From Craspedostauros australis (Eukaryota): a DNA stretch of 40,570 nt. The translations under genes were made by a program, and so were the position numbers. Under the pieces are notes generated by a model. That model did not search any database and was not told the origin of the DNA. It was given only the letters and a program-made list of their open reading frames with translations. This document shows positions 21,552 through 30,206 of this stretch, piece after piece (the stretch's first letter is position 1; each line of letters opens with the position of its first letter). Location: assembly GCA_030167865.1 (NCBI GenBank), contig JALAGF010004248.1, forward strand, positions 1 to 40,570. Direction: 5' to 3'.

Positions 21552-22177
21552 GGTGATGTTCTTTCCTCGCCTTTCCGTTGATTTTTGTTCTTTCGCTTGT
21601 GCGTGCTTGAGTAGTTGGTCGGATGGATGGAGTGAACGATCCTTCTTCGGAGATTGAGGATGATGGTGATACTGGTACAAGCGAGGCGACACAATGCTCC
21701 ACGCGCACGGTACGTGTTGGTGGGAGTTGTTTCCCTTCTTCGGATCTCTCTCTCTCTTCGTTCTTGTTTGGTTTCTTCCCTCCTCGTTTCGTCGGTTGAT
21801 TTTGGCGCCAGGGACTGTGTTTGCACATGGACGTTATTTGACGTTATCGAACGGTCCACAATTTGCTGTTACGGTCCAGTGAATCAACCCACTCACTTTT
21901 TTCATTTGTTCGTCACGAAGTCTCCACGCTTTTGTGTCACAACATGCTGATCGAGGCAGAAATGAGCAGACAATGGTCATTGACTGATGGCAGCCTGTGT
22001 TGGGCATCGTCGTAGTGATGGAGTGATGGAGCGATGGATGAACGCACGAAGGGCTCCAGACAAGCCAAGAGTATCCCAGCCTTGTTGGCAACATTCGAAG
22101 CGCAACGCAACGAAGACAGCCAAGAAGATAAAGAGTAGTGAACCAACACAAGTACGAGTCCGAGTACACGCACGAAG

Positions 22178-23614
22178 ATGAAGGTGGTTCACTTGGGAAA
22201 CGAAGAGGCCAGGATGGATGTGGAATCTATCGAGGTTCAGGTGCATCAGTTCTCGGAGCTGCAGTACAAGGCGGGCGAGATTCTCTACTCCCCCACCTTC
22301 CGTTGCCATGGCTTGGAATGGAAGCTCAGGCTCAACCCAGCACGTGCAACTCCTCCTCCAGGTGGCATCAACGGCATCAGCAACCACCATAACAACAGCG
22401 GCGGCATGGCCAATCAAGGCAACGACGACGACGGCACTGGCCAACCGGGCAACGCCGTGGACGATGACATGATGAAGATGTCGATGTACCTGCACGTCGA
22501 TCAAGGCTCGTGGAAGGACACCGAGGCCTGCACAGTCAAGTACTCCATCAGCATTCCCAAGGTCGTCATCTACTGGGAACCGGGCATCTGGACTTTCCGC
22601 AAAGGCGTCGATCGCGGACACGGCTGCTCCGTCTCCATTCGCAGGCAGGAAATCCTCGCGAAGGGATGCGTCAACGATACCCTGTCCATCGTTGTGGAGA
22701 TCCAGCTGCTGCACGAGGCCAGGCCTCGATTCTGGACGCCCAACACCAACTTCAATCGAGATCGATTGAAGGCGCTCAAGAATGAAATCATGGCGGATGT
22801 CACATTTCTCGTGGGCTCCAAAAGCAAGAACAACATCAACAGCAGCAACAACAACAGCAGCATCGATATCAGTGGCAGAGACAACGCCAACAGCAGCAAA
22901 GACGAGACGAAGCGACATCAGCAGCAATTTCAGGAGGAGATCAGGGCCAACAGCACCATCCTGTTGCTCGCTGCGCCCTTCATGAAGGACCTTCTCGACA
23001 GCGGCATGTCCGATTCGGGAACTCAAAGCAGCATTGGCTACGGCCCTTTCAAGAGCAAACGAATGAACGCCAACATCATTCCTCTTCCCGACGTCGATCC
23101 CTCTCACTTCCGCTCTATCCTTCGCTTCATCTACGCCGATGACACCTCCTTCATCGACAACCATGGCAACCAAACGCATCTGCAGGACATGCTGAAGACC
23201 GCGAACCAATTCGGATGCTGGCGATTGAAGCTCGTCATCGAACACCGGCTCATCCGCGATCATCTGGTCTACGGCAACTGCGTGGAGCTGCTGCTGTTTG
23301 CGCACAAACAGTACTGCTCCATGCTGAAGGAGGCGGCCATCAAGATGGTGTGCCAGTACTGGTCCTCCCTGCTGCACCGCTCCAACTTTTTGCAATTGAC
23401 GGGCGAGCTTCTGAAGGAGATTCATGAATACAGCACGGGCGAATCCACCAACAAGGAAGATGAATTCTCCAAAATGTCCGTCGGGGAATTGTACGAGTGG
23501 CTGGAGCATGACGACGATGTGTATCTGGAATGCGATATGAGCCGGCCCATGCTCCTCAGCTTGATCCGCAAGACGATGGAGGCGAGGGAAAAGAAGTTTG
23601 AGAGGATATCATGA
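22178..23614 (+). CDS. MATH-BTB/POZ protein (SPOP-like cullin-3 adaptor), 478 aa
   Basis: MATH-like YSPTFRCHGLEWKLRLNP...MSMYLHV...NDTLSIVVEIQ. BTB ADVTFLVG...IRANSTILLLAAP...LPDVDPSHFRSILRFIY...LKTANQFGCWRLKLVIE. BACK-like NCVELLLFAHKQYCSMLKEAAI. Confidence 0.9.
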   Translation: MKVVHLGNEEARMDVESIEVQVHQFSELQYKAGEILYSPTFRCHGLEWKLRLNPARATPPPGGINGISNHHNNSGGMANQGNDDDGTGQPGNAVDDDMMKMSMYLHVDQGSWKDTEACTVKYSISIPKVVIYWEPGIWTFRKGVDRGHGCSVSIRRQEILAKGCVNDTLSIVVEIQLLHEARPRFWTPNTNFNRDRLKALKNEIMADVTFLVGSKSKNNINSSNNNSSIDISGRDNANSSKDETKRHQQQFQEEIRANSTILLLAAPFMKDLLDSGMSDSGTQSSIGYGPFKSKRMNANIIPLPDVDPSHFRSILRFIYADDTSFIDNHGNQTHLQDMLKTANQFGCWRLKLVIEHRLIRDHLVYGNCVELLLFAHKQYCSMLKEAAIKMVCQYWSSLLHRSNFLQLTGELLKEIHEYSTGESTNKEDEFSKMSVGELYEWLEHDDDVYLECDMSRPMLLSLIRKTMEAREKKFERIS

Positions 23615-24344
23615 TGGTCATGACAGTGTGGCATGGATTGGAACCAACGAAAGCACCGGTTCTGCGCCAACTCAAATCTAGAGAGATTTGACTTGGAGCC
23701 TGCGATTGGATGATAATGTATTGTATAACTCTCCTGTATTTGTTAGGATACTCTCAGTAAAATCACCAGTGCATGTTGGTCTGTGCTGTTGCATCCATCA
23801 TAGATCGTACTCGTACGGTACAGTATGGTATGGTATGATGTGGTACACATGTCTGGCAACGCCTCAATCGTTCGGCTTCTCTTGGCTTGTTGCTGAAGCT
23901 ACTGCTCTTGACGCACGACTCACATCACCTCAGATTCGAGTGGAACCGGTTGGCACCAACAGATCTCTGTGCAGTTTTCTCTCTCTCTCTTTCTTTGTGC
24001 GCAACTGCCTTGTCCTTCTCGTCTCCGGGCTTCTGGGCGATGTCTCTTGGATGCAGTGCAGGGCAATGCAATGCAACGCAAGGGTCAACACAACTTCGTA
24101 CCCCAAGCAGACATACTGCACCATTCCATACGAGCACCCCACCGTCTTCTCCACATGGATTGACGTTCCCACAATCCATTACATGGCGCCCCTCTTGCTG
24201 ACCTGCGGTTGAACTGCAGTCGTGAACTCCCACCATCGCATTCCCATCAAAGTGCATCAAGGCGAAGCACACGGCTGCACTCTACTATACGCGGATACTC
24301 TCCTCTCAACTGTACCTCCCATACTATACGACGCACATCCAACC

Positions 24345-26285
24345 ATGGGACTCCAACGACGGGAGAACGGCAACCTGAATGTTGGTGAGGAGCCTCAGGG
24401 TTCCAAGTCTGCATCAAATGGAGACGATGGAAACAGCAATCCCAACAACAACAATAGTAGCAGCAATAGTAGCAGCAATCGCAGCAACCACAGGAAAGGA
24501 AAAAGGAATCGTCTGCCCATCAGACTGTTGGCATCGGTGGCTGTGATGGTGTCCGTGATTGCGCTCAGCACCGTCTCCAAGAACCTCTCGGTTCAGCAGA
24601 TCACTAGCACTAGCACGAACACTAACGCGCCTGATCCATCACCGATGGCGCAGCAGCACAAGCTACCTGATCATTGCCGATTTCGAGACTATGCCAATCA
24701 TCCCAAGCACCGATTGTACGGAATGGCATCTGAACAATATCCAGAGCCATTCCTCAAGTCCTCCAAGTACATTCATGGTCTCAAACCTATTCTACTCGAC
24801 GTCGACAAGAGAACACTGCCCGAGGCATCGCACGCAAATGCCCACGCAACCAAGCTCTGCAGCGAGAAACCCATCGTGAATCCGTCCGAATACACGATGG
24901 ATGGCACCAATCCCGGCATCATCGACCTTGCACGTATATCCATGTCGGACGCGGACCTTCCAAGCGAGTCCTCACCGGGACTGTCCGCATCATCGTCATC
25001 ATCGTCACCACCCATCTACCACTCCATCATGACCACCTTCCCGTCCGCAAAGTACGTGGTGTCGTTGACATTCAAGGACAATCATCAATGTACCTACGAA
25101 TTCAATACCGAAACCAAAAAGGCCAATTGGAAAAAGCCGCGATCAGGATTGCTTCCGGGACGCCAACAGGCGCAGGAGATGGACATCATCCTCATGGATC
25201 AGCACTTCCGCGCCCTCGCAACGACCACCGTCCAGATGTTCACATCAGCCTTGTCCACATCCAAGGTACCAAAGGCGTTGCAACATTTGCCACCACAGGC
25301 CGTCATCAACGGCGGTTTCGATGACGGTCGGTTGTTCGTTCACGACTCGCGTCTCTGGATCTCCTACAAGCGATACCATGGTGGCGACTTGAACACGCAG
25401 TATATGTCGCCGCTGCATCTCTACGTCGAGACGGATACCCTGCGAGCCGAGGCGCGAAAGGAATTGGAGATGCGGTTCGGACGCAACATGGCATTCTTGC
25501 AGCAGGCGCCGCATCCACTGCAGACTGCGCCATCGCCGTTGCGAGTGCTGCAATGGGTGGATCCACTTTGGGTGCAGTCGTTGGATTTGGCCAGCATTCC
25601 ACTCGATGTCTTTCGGCCTTTGCCGCTTTCCGTCGCGGAGCAACGCATCGGCTCCGCAGGGTCGCAAGATCAGCAGCACGTATCGAACAAATTGGTGCGC
25701 CCATCTATCAAAGACTTCACGGTGGTCGACAATAACTTCGGCCAGAAGAAGGGCGTCTCCAAACGAAAAGAAATACAATACAAACTGCGCAATCCGCCCT
25801 TCATCAACGCGCGATCGCACTTCCACGGCACGTCCGGCATGCTGCTGTACATTCCAGGATGGAACGAGCATCTCGGAATCGGGCATTTCCATCGCGAACG
25901 AAGATGGGCCAACGATGCCATAGATGCGCAATACGGACATCATTATACGCATGCCTTCTTCACGATCAATGCTGCTGCAAATCACAGTGAAGACGAACGC
26001 AGATACATGCTACGCCGCATCTCGCAAGAATTCATGTTCCCATCGCAACACACGCCCAACGATGCCGACATCATTCAGTTCGCCAGCGGGTTGGAAGCGA
26101 TCTGGGACGACGACGACACGTCATTGCCATCCAAGTTGATCATCTCGTACGGCATCAACGATTGCGAAGCCGGTGTGGTCGTCGTGGATTGGAAGGTTGT
26201 GGAATCGTTGCTGCGTGTGGTCGAATCGCAGCGCAAGATGGAAGTGCGGCACGTATTGGAGTTTGTGGAGGGATGGAAGAAATGA
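24345..26285 (+). CDS. type II membrane putative beta-propeller glycoenzyme (GH130/GT91-like), paralogue 2, 646 aa
   Basis: aaccATGG start (MGLQRRE, cf. MGLHHRE at 27681). Basic cluster, then one hydrophobic helix (LLASVAVMVSVIALSTV), a stem and the conserved domain. Intronless. Confidence 0.9.
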   Translation: MGLQRRENGNLNVGEEPQGSKSASNGDDGNSNPNNNNSSSNSSSNRSNHRKGKRNRLPIRLLASVAVMVSVIALSTVSKNLSVQQITSTSTNTNAPDPSPMAQQHKLPDHCRFRDYANHPKHRLYGMASEQYPEPFLKSSKYIHGLKPILLDVDKRTLPEASHANAHATKLCSEKPIVNPSEYTMDGTNPGIIDLARISMSDADLPSESSPGLSASSSSSSPPIYHSIMTTFPSAKYVVSLTFKDNHQCTYEFNTETKKANWKKPRSGLLPGRQQAQEMDIILMDQHFRALATTTVQMFTSALSTSKVPKALQHLPPQAVINGGFDDGRLFVHDSRLWISYKRYHGGDLNTQYMSPLHLYVETDTLRAEARKELEMRFGRNMAFLQQAPHPLQTAPSPLRVLQWVDPLWVQSLDLASIPLDVFRPLPLSVAEQRIGSAGSQDQQHVSNKLVRPSIKDFTVVDNNFGQKKGVSKRKEIQYKLRNPPFINARSHFHGTSGMLLYIPGWNEHLGIGHFHRERRWANDAIDAQYGHHYTHAFFTINAAANHSEDERRYMLRRISQEFMFPSQHTPNDADIIQFASGLEAIWDDDDTSLPSKLIISYGINDCEAGVVVVDWKVVESLLRVVESQRKMEVRHVLEFVEGWKK

Positions 26286-26695
26286 TGTGGTGGGGGGTTG
26301 CGTGATGATGTGAGAATGTCATGTTGGGAAATAGAGAGGAAAGGCTTCACGGCATTACAGAGACGTAATGCGAGCTATGATACACCTCATCAGAACATGC
26401 GATAGTGATGTGGGTTGCACTCCTACACGTACGTCTAATGGATGGTTGTGGTGGGAAGAGAATGTGGCCCCTTTCCTCGCGGAGTGCGCTCTTGTATGGT
26501 TCTGTGGGAAACCATGGGAGCATCGCAGAGTCCTTGCATGGCGGAGTTGCTGACAAGTCATGACCACATCAAGGCAAGCGAGAGTGTGAGACATCACTTG
26601 GCAATACGATACAATACATCACATCACAAAACCTCGCAACGCAGCTATGATAGGAAGCACATAGAACAGGGAACATCGAACAAAGCAGAGCAGCA

Positions 26696-27199
26696 ATGGA
26701 GTTCTTTGACTTGGTCAGCTCCGAAGAGGTCGTGCCTGCCTTCGATGAGGGTGCACACCATGATGGCCCATTCCCCCTGCGTCCATCATCAAGACATGAG
26801 CTAGATGGTCGGCGGAGATCAGTTCATTGGCAACGATGCATCGCCGATGAAGAACCGCAGCAACAAAGGACGCTTACGTCGTGCATGTCGCGCCGACCCG
26901 TCACCCTCGACTACGCCATGCGATGGAAGACGCAAACGGCGCTATCGCAAGCGCAGACCGTCTATTACTTGTCCCACATATCCGGTCTCAAGCCCATCAT
27001 GCGAAAGCTGCAGAAGACGAGGGAGATCGTGCAGGAGCTCAAGCACGTTCGATTTCTCAAGCATGACAATTCCGACGGGAGGAGGTGCCCGACGAAGTGG
27101 CGAAGGAACACACGGCCATGGGTTTGCGCAACATGTCGCGCAAGTGATAGCAAGGCAGAAGGAACGGATGGAGATGGAGGGGGTGGACGGGACAGATAA
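26696..27199 (+). CDS. hypothetical protein (167 aa)
   Basis: gcaATGG start after an A/C-rich leader; moderate coding-like codon usage; no recognisable domain. Confidence 0.45.
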   Translation: MEFFDLVSSEEVVPAFDEGAHHDGPFPLRPSSRHELDGRRRSVHWQRCIADEEPQQQRTLTSCMSRRPVTLDYAMRWKTQTALSQAQTVYYLSHISGLKPIMRKLQKTREIVQELKHVRFLKHDNSDGRRCPTKWRRNTRPWVCATCRASDSKAEGTDGDGGGGRDR

Positions 27200-27680
27200 A
27201 TAGGTTAGAGAGCGGATGATTAGAGATAACATTGGCGTCCTTGCAATCAGGGTCATTCCATGCAGCGCAGGGTGTTAGTGTGGTTCTGGCACACTCTTGA
27301 AATAGTCTAACCTCCTGTTGAAGACTTACGTTCCACACCAAATTGTGCGTACACGATTCTTGGATGTTCCTGCGAAACGAGAAAACGCGGAGGTCACCAA
27401 GATCTCGACTTGTGCCTTTCTCCTCCTTTTCTGACACTCTCCGCTCTTGTGTGTCTGTGTCTTCGTCGTCTCCCATCTTCTGGGCCATACATGACATTGC
27501 ATAGGCATTCCATTGATGCGGTGGCTTCCTCCGAAGAACAAGTGCAAGTGAGGCCATTCACTGCAGAGGCAAGCAGAGAAGCGAAGAGCATCCGTACTGA
27601 AACATATGAGTAGCAGAGTGCCCTTCATACCAGAGCATCACACTCTTCTTTGATAAAGCGCATGGGAGGCGCAGACGACT

Positions 27681-29693
27681 ATGGGACTCCATCATCGAGA
27701 ACAGAGCAGCAATGCCAATGCCAGTGTCAACAGCGGCACTGATGCCAGCGTGAACGCACCTGGTAAAGACAGAAAGACGAAGATCCCCCTCAAGTTGCTG
27801 GCACCCATGGCTCTGATGGTCATTTTGATTGCGCGCAGCATATTCTCAAAGAATCAGTCCATCCAGCAGGTCGCCAAAGGCAGCGATGGCAGCCTGGTAT
27901 CCACAGTGGAGCGCAAGGCAAATCGAGCGCTCGCTTCGTGCCGTTTCCGAGACTATGTCGGCCAACACAAGCAACGATTGTACGGAATGGCATCTGCCAA
28001 TTACCCAGAGCCTTTCCTCAAGACATCGACGTACATTTACGGGGAGAAGCCCATTCTGCTGGATGGATCGTCCATCTCGGACGCGTCGGGCTCCTCATCC
28101 ATGGTGCACGCCGCAAAGCTCTGCAGCGATCAACCCGCCGTCGACGCGTCCGAATTCACGATGGACGGCACGAACCCCTCCATCATCGACCTTTCCCGCA
28201 TATCGACATTCGGGATGGATCCGCTCGATCAGTCCGTTCGATCCAGCTTCGCATCCGCCAAGTACGTCGTCTCACTGACCAACAAGGCCAGTCACCAATG
28301 CACGTACAGCTACAACATGACGGCCAAAGCGAAGATGTGGAAGAAACCGCGATCGGGCGTGCTGCCGGGTCGTCAGCGCGCCCACGAGATTGACATCGTC
28401 CTCATGGATGAACGCTTGCGTCCGCTCATATCGTCGACCGTGCAGATCTCGCAATCGGCGCTGTCGTCACCGCTCATGACGGATGCGTTGCACGCGTTGC
28501 AACCGAGCGACATGATCAAGACGGGATTGGACGATGGTCGGTTGTTCGTGCATGATTCGAGATTGTGGCTCTCGTATCGCCGGTATTACGACGGCACCGG
28601 CGACGTCCAATGCATGTCTCCGCTGCGGTTGTACATGGATACAGCGGAGGTGGGAGAGCCAAGGACGTTGAAAGCCGAAGTCGTACGAGAAATGGAAATG
28701 TTGTTTGGTCGCAACATGGCCTTTTTGGATCAACCTCGGCATTCGAGATCATCATCGTCGTCGTCTTTGCAGCTGCTGCAGTGGCTGGATCCAGTGTGGG
28801 TGCAATCGCTTGATTTGAGTTCTGTTCCAGGGATTGATCAGTCTGAATCACGGAGTTCCAAGACGCTCGAACATAGTTCTTCGGGAGACAATCGGCGACT
28901 GGAACAGGATCAGCAACAGGAGGAGAAGAAGAAGAAGAAGAAAACGAAAAAGAAGAAGACAAAGACAAAGGAGAAGCAGGAAACAACGAAGGGGACAAAG
29001 AAGAAAAAGAAGAACAAGCCACGACAGAAGCAAGAGCAACAAGAGCAGCAGGAGAAGCAAGAGAAGCCGGAAATGCAATTTGATCTCGTGCAACCAACGA
29101 TGCGGTTGGTGGACATCGCAAATCTTAATGGCGACGACGCCACCACAACACCCAAGCAAAGACAAGAGATCAAATTCCGATTACCCAACCCGCCCAACAT
29201 GGCAGGCCAATCGAGCTTCCATGGAACATCCGGCATGTTGCTGTACATCCCCGACTTGGACGAATACATCGGCCTTGGCCACTTCAATCGATACCGCAGG
29301 TGGAGCAGAAATCGCATCGATGCCAAATTCGGCCATCATTACACGCATGCGTTCTTCACGATCGGTCTCAGCGACGGACAGTACGCACTGCGCAGCTTAT
29401 CGCAAGAGTTCGTCTTTCCTTCGCAGCACACGCCTTCGGATGCCGACGTCATTCAGTTTGCGACGGGGCTGGAGGCCGTCTTTGCCGATGGTGGAACGCC
29501 CTCCGAATTGATCGTTTCGTACGGCATCAACGACTGCGAGGCAGCGGCGCTCGTGGTGAAATGGGAGCTCGTCGCGTCCTTGCTGAGGCGGGTGGATTCA
29601 TCGCAAGGCAAGCGGGAGGCGCGGCATTTCATCGACGGTGTGGAGGAATGGAAGCCTCAACCAACCCAAAGTGACACGATGGAATTGGGTTGA
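27681..29693 (+). CDS. type II membrane putative beta-propeller glycoenzyme (GH130/GT91-like), paralogue 3, 670 aa, with poly-Lys/Gln/Glu insert
   Basis: Colinear with the 24345 ORF (CRFRDY, RLYGMAS, YPEPFLK, MDGTNP, WKKPRSG.LPGRQ, DDGRLFVHDSRLW, FGRNMAFL, FHGTSGMLLYIP, SYGINDCEA). N-terminal hydrophobic helix LLAPMALMVILIA. Confidence 0.9.
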   Translation: MGLHHREQSSNANASVNSGTDASVNAPGKDRKTKIPLKLLAPMALMVILIARSIFSKNQSIQQVAKGSDGSLVSTVERKANRALASCRFRDYVGQHKQRLYGMASANYPEPFLKTSTYIYGEKPILLDGSSISDASGSSSMVHAAKLCSDQPAVDASEFTMDGTNPSIIDLSRISTFGMDPLDQSVRSSFASAKYVVSLTNKASHQCTYSYNMTAKAKMWKKPRSGVLPGRQRAHEIDIVLMDERLRPLISSTVQISQSALSSPLMTDALHALQPSDMIKTGLDDGRLFVHDSRLWLSYRRYYDGTGDVQCMSPLRLYMDTAEVGEPRTLKAEVVREMEMLFGRNMAFLDQPRHSRSSSSSSLQLLQWLDPVWVQSLDLSSVPGIDQSESRSSKTLEHSSSGDNRRLEQDQQQEEKKKKKKTKKKKTKTKEKQETTKGTKKKKKNKPRQKQEQQEQQEKQEKPEMQFDLVQPTMRLVDIANLNGDDATTTPKQRQEIKFRLPNPPNMAGQSSFHGTSGMLLYIPDLDEYIGLGHFNRYRRWSRNRIDAKFGHHYTHAFFTIGLSDGQYALRSLSQEFVFPSQHTPSDADVIQFATGLEAVFADGGTPSELIVSYGINDCEAAALVVKWELVASLLRRVDSSQGKREARHFIDGVEEWKPQPTQSDTMELG

Positions 29694-30206
29694 TCGACTC
29701 GTGCGATAGTTCCAGTAGAGTGTGAGTAGAGACTGGTTGAAACCGATTTGAGAGCTGTCGCAGCAAGTGGTTTTTGTGTTGACCAATCGTAAAGTCTTCT
29801 TCTCAAAGTTCGGTGGGTATGTTCGTGAAAAGTTGATGTGTAGAGTAGAGCATGATGGCTTGTTCGGAGCATGAAGCGGTGGGTCAGCCCATAGCATTGG
29901 TCCTCGTAGACAGAGCCACGTCTGACCTGATGGCTTGGGCGAGTCGAGCTGTGAAAAGGTATCTTTCGTGCAGTCCAATTGGTCGTTTGCCGAGTCACAA
30001 GCCACCGATTTCCCACGCATCCACCACAGATGCTGGCGTTCCACAAATGCTCGTTCGGCAAACGAAGCTTCCCGGGGACTGCCGCCAGCATCATTGTTGC
30101 CACTGTCATCATTGCCATCGTCTCTTGTGGCACTCGGAGACCTCCTCTTGCAAGGACATCAACTGCTTTCGTAAGGATTCAGTTCGCAAACACACGAAGC
30201 GAAACC

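Noticed and set aside
21977-23509. 510-aa minus-strand ORF, and similar long ORFs at 5865-6905(-), 10792-12135(+), 13587-14609(-), 15450-16244(-) and 25245-25985(-)
   Set aside because: Antisense shadows of real genes with strong third-position GC bias; no motifs of their own.
29979-30206. N-terminal extensions from non-ATG starts (POP1 at 29979; also 24222, 33013, 13564, 9209)
   Set aside because: GTG/TTG starts from the ORF caller are not expected for nuclear genes; downstream in-frame ATGs are available and, where checkable, match paralogue or presequence starts.
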